DNA from: Minisyncoccota bacterium
GTDB taxonomy: Bacteria; Patescibacteriota; Minisyncoccia; Phycocordibacterales; DATDWN01
NCBI GenBank assembly: GCA_041674105.1
Contig: JBAYWK010000001.1
Coordinates: 1,136 to 65,135 of the forward strand
Direction of reading: 5' to 3'
Length of the DNA stretch: 64,000 nt
Made by a program: the position numbers and the translations under genes
Shown here: positions 53,011 through 61,636 of the stretch, in pieces
Layout of the letters: each line of letters starts with the position of its first letter
Position numbering within the stretch: position 1 is the first letter of the stretch
The notes under the pieces: generated by a model
Told to the model about the DNA's origin: nothing
Seen by the model: the letters and a program-made list of their open reading frames with translations, nothing else
The model's database searches: none

Positions 53011-54480
53011 CTATATAGCTGCCACCTCATCAAATAACTCTACTCCTTCTTTATAACCTCTTCTACCTTCTCCTACCCCAGAAAGATTTTCAACAATATC
53101 TATAGACCGTAAGTATTTAACCATCTTGAAACCGAGCTTAGATTCTGCTCGTAGCCTTAGTGGTGCGCCATATACAGACGGTAATGTCTCATAATTCATT
53201 TCATAAGCAAGTAAAGATTGTGGCATCATCATTTCTTTTAAAGTAAAGGTCTCGTAGTACGGACGACCTTTTTCATCTTCATCATATGCTGTAAACACAA
53301 TGTACTGTGCATTTGGTAGTGGTTCAACATACTCCAATATATCTTGCATAGAAACTCCTGCCCATTCAGCAACTGCAGACCAACCCTGAATACAATTGTG
53401 TTTTGTTATCTGTTCGTTTTTTGTGAAATTGTTCTTTAAATCCTCTAGTGAAAACTCTGCTTTATTTTTGACTAGTCCACCAATTTTCAATTTCCAATCT
53501 CTAAAATTGTGTTCTGCAAACAACTTCCACTCTTCATTTTCTGGCGGTAGTCCGTTTACTCTAAAATAAGACGAAATATCCTTTTTTGAATAGTGTTGTT
53601 TTGAGGGTATCCTATCTAACAATGAATTTGTGAAAAAATTGATAACTGGATCAAGTATATCTTGCACTCGTTTTTCATAGCGTAGCGTATACCATGTCAC
53701 GAAAAACTGTGAGAAAACAAAGATGGCAATGCCAATAGCAAATATGGTAATAGCAAGAGATAAATCACCATTGGAGTCTCCGAGAGTGATGTTTGAGATA
53801 TTTTTTGGACCATTTACCAGTGCGACCATCACAAGGTGAATAACAACAAAAAGACTAATTCCTACTAAACCGAGAAAATGTATACTCCGTGCAGCTTGTC
53901 TACCACCAAACAATTTTTGATACCAAGGGAAACGCGCAGTAATTGCTGGAGCTAAAGCAAGTCCTGTAACAATCATCAGTGGAGCAAAAATAAAAATGAC
54001 AGCGAAATAAGTGAGTTGTTGGAGTGGGTCATAAGGGGTAAACTCTGCTGGGTTAGGAAAATGAAAAGTAAGATATTGTGTAAATGTGTAAAATGCTTTT
54101 GGAAATATATCGAAGCTTGTAGGCACTAGTCGTCGCCATTCGCCTGTGACAAAAAGCATAGTGACATACACAAATCCGTTTGATAGCCAAAGAATGACCG
54201 AGAAAAAATGCCACCTACGCGCAGAACCCAACTTGTGAGTACCTCCAGTAATACCTAGGACAGGGTTTATGTACTCTACTTCATCATGAGATGTCCATAA
54301 CTTATCATTTGGTATTTCTTTCTTTCCAAATTTTATCCACTCAGTACCAGGGGTACAATCATCATTCCAATACAACTTAGGATGGTCAGCTAAAATCTGA
54401 AGACCACTTCGCACAAGAAGTGTCATAAAAATAATATTGAGAAAATGAGTTACTATAAGCCAGAGCGGAAATCCTAACAT
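53011..54480 (-). CDS. Membrane-bound molybdopterin-dependent oxidoreductase (sulfite oxidase/YedY-MsrP-like Moco domain) fused to an N-terminal cytochrome b-like polytopic membrane domain
   Basis: The N-terminal roughly 270 aa hold 5-6 TM helices with conserved His. The C-terminus carries IQGWSAVAEWAGVSMQDILEYV...GAPLRLRAESKLGFKMVKYLRSIDIV, typical of the Oxidored_molyb domain. Confidence 0.5.
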   Translation of the reverse strand: MLGFPLWLIVTHFLNIIFMTLLVRSGLQILADHPKLYWNDDCTPGTEWIKFGKKEIPNDKLWTSHDEVEYINPVLGITGGTHKLGSARRWHFFSVILWLSNGFVYVTMLFVTGEWRRLVPTSFDIFPKAFYTFTQYLTFHFPNPAEFTPYDPLQQLTYFAVIFIFAPLMIVTGLALAPAITARFPWYQKLFGGRQAARSIHFLGLVGISLFVVIHLVMVALVNGPKNISNITLGDSNGDLSLAITIFAIGIAIFVFSQFFVTWYTLRYEKRVQDILDPVINFFTNSLLDRIPSKQHYSKKDISSYFRVNGLPPENEEWKLFAEHNFRDWKLKIGGLVKNKAEFSLEDLKNNFTKNEQITKHNCIQGWSAVAEWAGVSMQDILEYVEPLPNAQYIVFTAYDEDEKGRPYYETFTLKEMMMPQSLLAYEMNYETLPSVYGAPLRLRAESKLGFKMVKYLRSIDIVENLSGVGEGRRGYKEGVELFDEVAAI

Positions 54481-54624
54481 AGTATATTTATTGTATATTA
54501 TTTTTAAAAAACCATAAAGTCACTAAAAGTGGTAAAAATACGGTGCGATAGATAATATATAAAATAACCTTATATACAAGTCTTATCAATAGACAAATAA
54601 TTTCATATCCCGTACAATTTATAT

Positions 54625-55239
54625 ATGAAAAATACAGTATTAATAATTTTAATCCTTGTAATTTTGGTAATTTTATCTACAGTTTTATTTTTTACCAAAA
54701 CAAAAGCAACCATCCTAAATAAACACGCTATGAACGATAGTACAGAACAAATCTCTCTGAATACTCCCTTTGAAATGCTTCCTGGAGAAAGTATAGAGGT
54801 AGAAGAACTGACTCTAAGTTATGATAATCTACAACTACCACCCACATCTTTTCAGGGAAATAAAGACGAATATACATACCCCCAGCTAACAGCTACTGAG
54901 AAAGAAGATGAATTCCATTTTGCAGTTAATTCACAGTCTGATTCACAGTACTATCATGACTACCTTATAAAACTATTGGAGAGAGATGGAGAAAAGATAA
55001 AAATCAGTATAGAAAAAACACCTTCTACAAATAAGGTGCCAGAATATGTTGCAGTACAAAAAGCACTAAAAGTAGCCGAGGAAGCAAACGCTCCTATGCC
55101 AGAAGCCAGAGTTAGAATCCTTGAAAAAAATATATGGAAAATAGAAGTCAGTCTAGGCCCAACGGATTCTTATATGATGGTTGAAATAAATGCAAATACA
55201 GGAGAAGTTGTAAATATAACGAGACAAAATAGAGCATAA
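54625..55239 (+). CDS. Hypothetical secreted protein with a C-terminal PepSY-like domain
   Basis: N-terminal TM, with C-terminal YVAVQKALKVAEEANAPMPEARVRILEKNIWKIEVSLGPTDSYMMVEINANTGEVVNI. Confidence 0.4.
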   Translation: MKNTVLIILILVILVILSTVLFFTKTKATILNKHAMNDSTEQISLNTPFEMLPGESIEVEELTLSYDNLQLPPTSFQGNKDEYTYPQLTATEKEDEFHFAVNSQSDSQYYHDYLIKLLERDGEKIKISIEKTPSTNKVPEYVAVQKALKVAEEANAPMPEARVRILEKNIWKIEVSLGPTDSYMMVEINANTGEVVNITRQNRA

Positions 55240-55244
55240 AATTA

Positions 55245-55272
55245 GAGCGACCACTCGGCCGCTCTTTTTTAA
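55245..55272 (+). terminator. Rho-independent terminator (GAGCG...CGCTC plus TTTTTT)
   Basis: agagcgaccactcggccgctctttttt lies just after the stop of the preceding plus-strand gene. Confidence 0.55.
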
Positions 55273-55436
55273 CCTTATTGGCTATTTTTTGAAGAATCTC
55301 CTTGTCCTTCTTTTTTGACCGGATCGCTTCCCTGTTCCTTCCTCCAAGGACAGCGAGGACGTTTTCTTACTTTATGTTTCAAGAAAATCACCTCTCCTAT
55401 AGAATACTACCATTTAAAATGAAAAGTACTCAAGGA

Positions 55437-55460
55437 AAAACTTTGCTATAATACTTCTGT
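55437..55460 (+). promoter_or_regulatory. Probable glyA promoter with an extended -10 (TGcTATAAT) only about 8 nt before the ATG, implying a very short or absent leader
   Basis: aaaactttGcTATAATacttctgtATG. Confidence 0.4.
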
Positions 55461-56660
55461 ATGAAAGAAACCTCAGCAACCCTAATAAAAAAAGAGGAAA
55501 GAAGACAAAATGAAACAATAAACCTAATTGCTTCTGAAAATTATCCCAGCCAAAAAGTCAGAAGCCATTTGTCTTCTATTTTATCTTCAAAATATGCAGA
55601 GGGTTATCCAGAAAAAAGATACTATGCTGGATGCGATGTTGTAGATGAAATAGAAAATCTAGCCATAGATTTAGCAAAAAAACTTTTTAAAACAAAATAC
55701 GCAAATGTTCAGCCTCATTCCGGAAGCAACGCAAACTTGGCCTCATATCATGCAATCCTGACACCTGGACAAAAAATTCTAGCTCCTAGACTTGATTGTG
55801 GAGGGCATTTAACACACGGCTCACCGGCAAGTATCACTTCTAAAATATGGCAGTTCCAACATTATGGAGTAGATGAAAACGGCTTATTTAATTATGAAGA
55901 AATAAGAAAACAAGCTAAAAAATTCAAACCGAACTTAATCATCGCTGGTACCAGCGCTTACCCTCTTTCCATAGATTGGAAAAAATTTAGACAAATAGCA
56001 GATGAAGTCGGAGCATATCTCTTGGCAGACATTGCTCACCTCTCCGGGCTAATAGTTGGAGGGGCACATAAAAACCCTTCTCCTTTTGCCCATATCATAA
56101 CCACAACAACCCAAAAAACTTTGAGAGGTCCCAGAGGAGGACTAATACTCTCAAACGACACAGAAATAGCAAAGAAAATCGATAAAGCTATATTTCCAAA
56201 ACTCCAAGGTGGTCCGCACATGCAAACAATAGCATCTAAAGCCGAATGCCTAAGTGAAGCCAGCACAAAAGAGTTCAGAAAATACATCTCTCAAGTAATT
56301 AAGAATTCAAAAACTCTACATAAAGAACTAGTAAAATTAGGCTGTACTATGTGGTCAAAAAATACAGAGACTCATTTAACAAATTTTAACACTGTAAAGA
56401 GTTTTGGCCTTACAGGAAAAAAGGCTGAAGAAATATTGGAGAAAAATGGAATAATTGTAAACCGTGAAGCAATGCCTTATGATGAGAAACCCCCAACTGA
56501 AACTTCTGGAATACGTCTAGGCACACCAGCCATGACAACTAGAGGAATGAAAGAAAAAGATATGAAAAAAATCGCTCAGATGATAGTTTTCATACTAAAA
56601 GACAACAAAAATCTAAAAAAAGAAATAAAATTTATGGCCAAGAAATTTTCTCTCAATTAA
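55461..56660 (+). CDS. glyA: Serine hydroxymethyltransferase
   Basis: The PLP-binding region TTTTQKTLRGPRGG and the overall sequence fit GlyA; 399 aa. Confidence 0.95.
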   Translation: MKETSATLIKKEERRQNETINLIASENYPSQKVRSHLSSILSSKYAEGYPEKRYYAGCDVVDEIENLAIDLAKKLFKTKYANVQPHSGSNANLASYHAILTPGQKILAPRLDCGGHLTHGSPASITSKIWQFQHYGVDENGLFNYEEIRKQAKKFKPNLIIAGTSAYPLSIDWKKFRQIADEVGAYLLADIAHLSGLIVGGAHKNPSPFAHIITTTTQKTLRGPRGGLILSNDTEIAKKIDKAIFPKLQGGPHMQTIASKAECLSEASTKEFRKYISQVIKNSKTLHKELVKLGCTMWSKNTETHLTNFNTVKSFGLTGKKAEEILEKNGIIVNREAMPYDEKPPTETSGIRLGTPAMTTRGMKEKDMKKIAQMIVFILKDNKNLKKEIKFMAKKFSLN

Positions 56661-56998
56661 AAACTCTTTTGCTATCCCATTAGAGTTTTACTTTATAACA
56701 GGAATTATATATATTAGATTATATAATTAGAGTAAAATCTTAATTACCAAATCAATAACTATAAACTCTAACGAAATGAAAAAAATAATAGCTTTAATCA
56801 TAATAGTAATAATAATTGTAGGAGGATACTTATACTATAGAAACAGAACTCCTGAAATTATAATTGATGATATACCAAGTAGAACAGATCCTATGGGGCT
56901 ATAATACTGGTAGAATATACACAAACAAATAAAGGATAAAAATGGGCTCAAAAAGCTCGTTTTTACTTATAAACCAAAACATATAGTATTATTAAACA

Positions 56999-59155
56999 AT
57001 GAGAATAGATTCAGCCCTATCAAAGGAATTTCGTCTTTTAGATATCCAAAAAAAAGCTCTAGGTAAACTTGGTATAAATACCGTAGAAGATCTTCTTTAT
57101 CACTTCCCTGTGAGATATGGGGATACTAGTAAAATGAAGACCATAGAATCTCTAACTAAAGGCGAAGATGCCACTATTTTTGGAACCATCTCAGGTCTGA
57201 AGACAAGCAAAGCTTTCATAAAAAAAATACCAATGTCCGAAGGGACAATAACTGACGATACTGGAAATATAAAAGTTGTTTGGTTTAACCAACCTTATAT
57301 AGCCAAGATGCATAAAGAAGGAGAACTGGTTAGAATAGAAGGTAAAGTGACCGAAAGAAAAGATGAGTTGTATATGAGTAATCCTAAAATAGAAGCTGTC
57401 AGAAAAATACCAACAGCTGTTGGAGACTCTCTTTTTGGTCCAGGTCATGAAGACCACTCTCTATACCCTGTCTACCCAGAGAGTAAAGGAATAACCTCTT
57501 ATTGGATATATCACACTATACAAAAAATATTTAGTAGTGGAGCTTTAGATGAAATAAAAGACCCTATTCCAGAAGAGACTCTAAAAAAATATAACTTACC
57601 AAACTTAAAGACTTCCATTATTTGGATACACACACCAAAAAAAGAAGATGATGCTCTATCTGCCCGCAAAAGATTTGCCTTCCAAGAAATATTTTTTATT
57701 CAAATCCAAAAACAAAAACAAAGAAAACTCTGGCAAGATAAGAAATCATTCAAAATAGAACCAGACAAAAAAACAATTGATGAATTTATTGGAAGATTTC
57801 CTTTTGAACCCACAAAAGCACAAGTAGAAGCTATTTTGACCATAACCTCTGATTTTAAAAAAGAATATCCTATGTCTAGATTGCTTGAAGGAGATGTGGG
57901 ATCTGGTAAAACAGCCGTAGCGGCCGCCACTATTTATGCCATAACAAAAACAAGACCGAAAGACAAAGACTATGGAAATTTGCAAACTGCGTATATGGTA
58001 CCAACAGAAATACTAGCCAAACAACATTATGAAAATTTTATACAGTACTTTAAACACCTACCTATAAAAATAGGACTTATAACAGGAAGCTCCTGTAAAA
58101 TATTCCCTTCCAAAGTAAAACCGACCGAGGCAACTAAAATATCTAAAACCCAACTCATAAAATGGGTAGCAAACGGAGAAGTTCCCATTCTTATCGGCAC
58201 ACACGCTTTAATCCAAAAGAGTGTTGGTTTCAAACACTTAGCCTATGTAATAATAGACGAGCAACATCGCTTTGGAACACTCCAGAGACAAAGATTAACT
58301 CAGAAAAGTGAAATTATTCCGCATCTCTTGTCTATGACCGCCACACCTATTCCCCGAACTCTTTCCCTTACAATTTATGGAGATTTAGACCTGACTTTGT
58401 TAGATCAAATGCCGAGAGGTAGAAAACCTATAATTACAAAAATAATAGTACCAACAGAAAGACAAAATACTTATGATGAGATAAAAAAAGAATTAAACCT
58501 AGGTAGACAGCTGTATGTTATTTGTCCCAGGATAGACGAACCAGATCCAACAAAAGAAATGGCTATTATTGCCAAGTCAGTCACATTAGAGGCGGAAAAT
58601 CTAAAAAAGAATGTTTTCCAAAAATGGAACATCGCAATATTACACAGTAAAATGACTCCAACTGAGAAAGAAAAAATTATGCAGGATTTTTCACTTAAAA
58701 AAATAGATATCCTAGTAGCGACATCCGTAGTTGAAGTTGGGGTAAATGTTCCAAATGCTACAATGATCATAATAGAAGGAGCTGAGAGGTTTGGATTGTC
58801 CCAACTTCACCAACTGAGAGGAAGAGTTATTCGTTCAAACCATCAAGCTTACTGCTATGTATTTACCGAAAGTAAAAGCACTAAGACGAAAGAAAGACTG
58901 AAAGCTCTAACTTTAGCCAAAAATGGTTTTGAACTGGCTGAGTTTGATCTTTCACAAAGAGGATCTGGAATGCTTTATAGTGGAAAACAATGGGGAGTTT
59001 CTGATATTGCTATGGAAGGATTGAAAAATATAAAAATGGTTGAGTTAGCCAAAAAAGAAGCTACTGAAATAGTAGAAAAAGATCCAAATCTCTCAAAATA
59101 TCCTACTATTTTAGAATATTTAAATTCTTTAGGAGAAAAAATACATTTTGAATAG
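56999..59155 (+). CDS. recG: ATP-dependent DNA helicase RecG
   Basis: N-terminal wedge/OB domain, then helicase motif I GDVGSGKT, DEQHRFG, and a C-terminal helicase domain; 718 aa. Confidence 0.9.
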   Translation: MRIDSALSKEFRLLDIQKKALGKLGINTVEDLLYHFPVRYGDTSKMKTIESLTKGEDATIFGTISGLKTSKAFIKKIPMSEGTITDDTGNIKVVWFNQPYIAKMHKEGELVRIEGKVTERKDELYMSNPKIEAVRKIPTAVGDSLFGPGHEDHSLYPVYPESKGITSYWIYHTIQKIFSSGALDEIKDPIPEETLKKYNLPNLKTSIIWIHTPKKEDDALSARKRFAFQEIFFIQIQKQKQRKLWQDKKSFKIEPDKKTIDEFIGRFPFEPTKAQVEAILTITSDFKKEYPMSRLLEGDVGSGKTAVAAATIYAITKTRPKDKDYGNLQTAYMVPTEILAKQHYENFIQYFKHLPIKIGLITGSSCKIFPSKVKPTEATKISKTQLIKWVANGEVPILIGTHALIQKSVGFKHLAYVIIDEQHRFGTLQRQRLTQKSEIIPHLLSMTATPIPRTLSLTIYGDLDLTLLDQMPRGRKPIITKIIVPTERQNTYDEIKKELNLGRQLYVICPRIDEPDPTKEMAIIAKSVTLEAENLKKNVFQKWNIAILHSKMTPTEKEKIMQDFSLKKIDILVATSVVEVGVNVPNATMIIIEGAERFGLSQLHQLRGRVIRSNHQAYCYVFTESKSTKTKERLKALTLAKNGFELAEFDLSQRGSGMLYSGKQWGVSDIAMEGLKNIKMVELAKKEATEIVEKDPNLSKYPTILEYLNSLGEKIHFE

Positions 59156-59201
59156 TACAATTCTGGCATTTAAATTTAAAGTGTGATATAAATCCCAATT
59201 C

Positions 59202-60044
59202 ATGTCTAAAAACATTTTAAAAAAAATAGGTTTTATTCTACTCGTCATTTTTGCCATCATAGGTGCTAGTTTTATTTTTATTTATTTTGCTGTTTTGTGG
59301 GGTTTTACAGACACAAAAGGAATCATAGATAGACAAAGAGAAGTTTTTTTGGAAAGCGGAAAGGAAGGGTTGGCAAACACAATAGACTCACAAAATACCG
59401 ACAATTATTGGCAAAAAACTGAGGAGTGGCAAGTTATTAAAACAGCTCTACTAAAAGACAAAGATGTTTTATACAGAGCTGCTCTATCTTCCGGAGTATC
59501 ACCTAGACTTATCGCCTCTCAACTTATTGTAGAACAACTAAGAATGTTTAATTCTGACAGAGAATCTTACAAAAAATTTTTTGAACCACTTAAAATACTA
59601 GGTAGCCAAACGAAATTTTCTTGGGGAGTAATGGGTATGAAGGAAGATACCGCTATAACAGTAGAGCAAAACTTAAAAAATCCAGAGTCTCCTTTTTATC
59701 TTGGAATACAATTTGAAAATATACTGAATTTTCAAACAGAAAATATAAAAGAAGAAAGATTTACAAGAATGACAGACCAGAGGAATCATTATTTTAGCTA
59801 TCTTTATGCTGGGATTTACCTAAAACAAATAATGTCTCAATGGGAAAAAGCTGGTTTCCCTATATCAAATAGACCAGAAATACTTTCAACTCTTTACAAT
59901 ATAGGTTTTGTTAATTCAAAACCAAACCCTGATCCAAAATCTGGTGGAGCTTTAATAGAAATCGGCAACAGGACATATAGTTTTGGTTCCTTGGCTAAAG
60001 AATTTTATTATTCAGATGAGTTGCTGTTAGAGTTTCCTAGATAG
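59202..60044 (+). CDS. Hypothetical membrane-anchored protein
   Basis: 280 aa with an N-terminal TM helix. Confidence 0.4.
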   Translation: MSKNILKKIGFILLVIFAIIGASFIFIYFAVLWGFTDTKGIIDRQREVFLESGKEGLANTIDSQNTDNYWQKTEEWQVIKTALLKDKDVLYRAALSSGVSPRLIASQLIVEQLRMFNSDRESYKKFFEPLKILGSQTKFSWGVMGMKEDTAITVEQNLKNPESPFYLGIQFENILNFQTENIKEERFTRMTDQRNHYFSYLYAGIYLKQIMSQWEKAGFPISNRPEILSTLYNIGFVNSKPNPDPKSGGALIEIGNRTYSFGSLAKEFYYSDELLLEFPR

Positions 60045-60314
60045 ATAAAAAAGCAAGGTTACTCCCCCCTTTTTTTTTGATTCTTGTTCCATATTTTTAG
60101 TAAGCACCAAGGAATCTCTCCCTCGAAATTTTTTCATCACAATTCATATCCGGACTCGACCCTTACAGGGTCAGTACCCCAATTGGATATTTTATTCCTC
60201 ATTCGACAAGCTCAGGATCATAAAATATCTCAATCGGGCTTCGAGTCCTGACGAAAGGTGCCCCACACCTTTCTGTGCGTACAAAAAATTTACTCCCGGG
60301 GAATTTATTGTGTG

Positions 60315-60480
60315 TCTATACAACCACGCTCGAACGTATCCTAGTAAGAATATCTGACAATTCTCCCACACGTGCTCCGCGCATAATGATATGAACCTGA
60401 ATCGTACGCTCTCGCCCCGCCACCCACCTCCTGCCGAGCCGTCCTCGCTTCGAGGTGAAAAATAATTATCTGATTTTCTT
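60315..60480 (+). repeat. Left copy of an imperfect inverted repeat (shared upstream module). It begins with a 25-nt exact match, tctatacaaccacgctcgaacgtat, and contains an internal insertion of about 75 nt relative to the right copy.
   Basis: The reverse complement of 63911..64000 aligns to 60315-60366 plus 60450-60480. It contains the ATCTGA / GATAAT-type internal half-sites. Confidence 0.85.
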
Positions 60481-60481
60481 C

Positions 60482-60510
60482 TTGACAAGGATTAAGGTAT
60501 AGCTTATATT
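60482..60510 (+). promoter_or_regulatory. Sigma70-like promoter (-35 TTGACA, 17-nt spacer, -10 TATATT) immediately downstream of the left repeat copy, driving the precursor peptide gene
   Basis: cTTGACAaggattaaggtatagctTATATTtattt. A strong SD AAAGGAG lies 6 nt before the ATG at 60577. Confidence 0.55.
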
Positions 60511-60576
60511 TATTTACAAATGGATGTGGAGACGTTCTTCACATTGTACATTCACAACTCTAGAAAGGAGACTGCC

Positions 60577-60705
60577 ATGAAGAACCCTAAAAAGTTCTCT
60601 TGGAAAGTCATCTCCAAGGACAAGCCTCTTCCCGGCACGATCGTGTGTCAGGAACAGTGCAGCTCCGGTGGTGGTGGCAACGGCAAGTGCGGCACCGGCA
60701 AGTAA
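60577..60705 (+). CDS. Candidate RiPP precursor peptide (42 aa): MKNPKKFSWKVISKDKPLPGTIVCQEQCSSGGGGNGKCGTGK
   Basis: It is GC-rich, with a strong RBS (AAAGGAG, 6-nt spacer). The C-terminal 19 residues are rich in Cys/Ser/Thr/Gly. It is followed by a 13-bp terminator hairpin and lies near the SagB-YcaO gene. Confidence 0.5.
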   Translation: MKNPKKFSWKVISKDKPLPGTIVCQEQCSSGGGGNGKCGTGK

Positions 60706-60723
60706 CCCGGGTGTCCCACCCGC

Positions 60724-60763
60724 TCCCTCAAGTGGTGCAACAACTCTCGAGATTGTTGCACCA
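60724..60763 (+). terminator. Strong terminator hairpin AGTGGTGCAACAA-ctctcgagat-TTGTTGCACCACT plus TTTTT after the precursor gene
   Basis: 13-bp perfect stem followed by a T-run on the plus strand. It sits between the convergent gene ends. Confidence 0.7.
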
Positions 60764-60767
60764 CTTT

Positions 60768-61577
60768 TTACTTTATAATTTCGATAAATCTTTTAGGATT
60801 GGTTTTCATTAACTCATCCCAAGATAAATTTTTGTTCTTGTTTATAAATTCTTTAACTAACCAATATCCAACGGAGTACCCTGTCCATCTCTGATACTTG
60901 TCATTTCCAAACAAAAATTCTTTTATCACTTTCTGATCTCTGGACTCAAGAATATCTTTTGATCCCTTTAATACTTCAAACGCCTCATCTTTATTTAAAG
61001 CTCCAGCCCACTTGCTTACTTCAGGATGAAAATACTGCTCTCTAAAATTTTCTGCCAAACCTTCTATTAAGATTTCATCTAAAAGCGTGTAGTTACTAAA
61101 ATCATCGTAATGATGGTAATAATAGATTGTATGATTCAGTTCGTGAGCGACAGTATTTTCGATGGACTTTTTTGAGTATTCATCCAAATTTACAAACAAA
61201 TGAAAAACGCAACTGTAAACTGCTACAGCCATGACACCGTCAAAAACTTTGTCATCTTCGGTGGTAAGATATGGATGAACAAAAATAAAATTCTTAGTTG
61301 GAACAGGTAACTTTTCATTACACTTTTCAATAGTTTCTGAAATAGTTTTTTCTATTTCCAGCTTCTGCTCTTCAGAAATTCCTTTGTACTGTTCAATGTT
61401 TCCATTTCCAATGTGATCCAATAACCCCTGTTTTAACAAATCGATATTTGTATATCCACAATAATCAATGCTTCCTTTATCTTTTATCAAAGAAACAATT
61501 GAGCCCGCTATCTCATCTTTGTCCTTAAATTCTCCACTTGGAAAATAAAATTCAATTTGTGATAAATCTTTACTCAT
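60768..61577 (-). CDS. HExxH zinc-metallopeptidase-like protein (DUF2268-like), a candidate leader peptidase or immunity protein of the RiPP cluster
   Basis: 269 aa with the HELNH motif (TVAHELNHTIYYYHH). It is AT-rich, unlike its neighbours, and immediately downstream of the SagB-YcaO gene on the same strand. Confidence 0.45.
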   Translation of the reverse strand: MSKDLSQIEFYFPSGEFKDKDEIAGSIVSLIKDKGSIDYCGYTNIDLLKQGLLDHIGNGNIEQYKGISEEQKLEIEKTISETIEKCNEKLPVPTKNFIFVHPYLTTEDDKVFDGVMAVAVYSCVFHLFVNLDEYSKKSIENTVAHELNHTIYYYHHYDDFSNYTLLDEILIEGLAENFREQYFHPEVSKWAGALNKDEAFEVLKGSKDILESRDQKVIKEFLFGNDKYQRWTGYSVGYWLVKEFINKNKNLSWDELMKTNPKRFIEIIK

Positions 61578-61636
61578 AGCTTCATTTTAGCAAAATATAA
61601 AAGAGGCGGAAAGTTTTTAGCTTTCCGCCTCTGGGG

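Noticed and set aside
55273-55440. ZTP/T-box/glycine riboswitch upstream of glyA
   Set aside because: It did not match conserved cores by eye (no GGGUCGUGAC...CCGCCUGGGCA, no T-box AGAGA/specifier architecture).
60192-60488. 98-aa minus-strand ORF in the GC-rich region
   Set aside because: It overlaps the inverted-repeat module and promoter, has an Arg/Gly-rich composition typical of GC-rich out-of-frame translation, and has no RBS.
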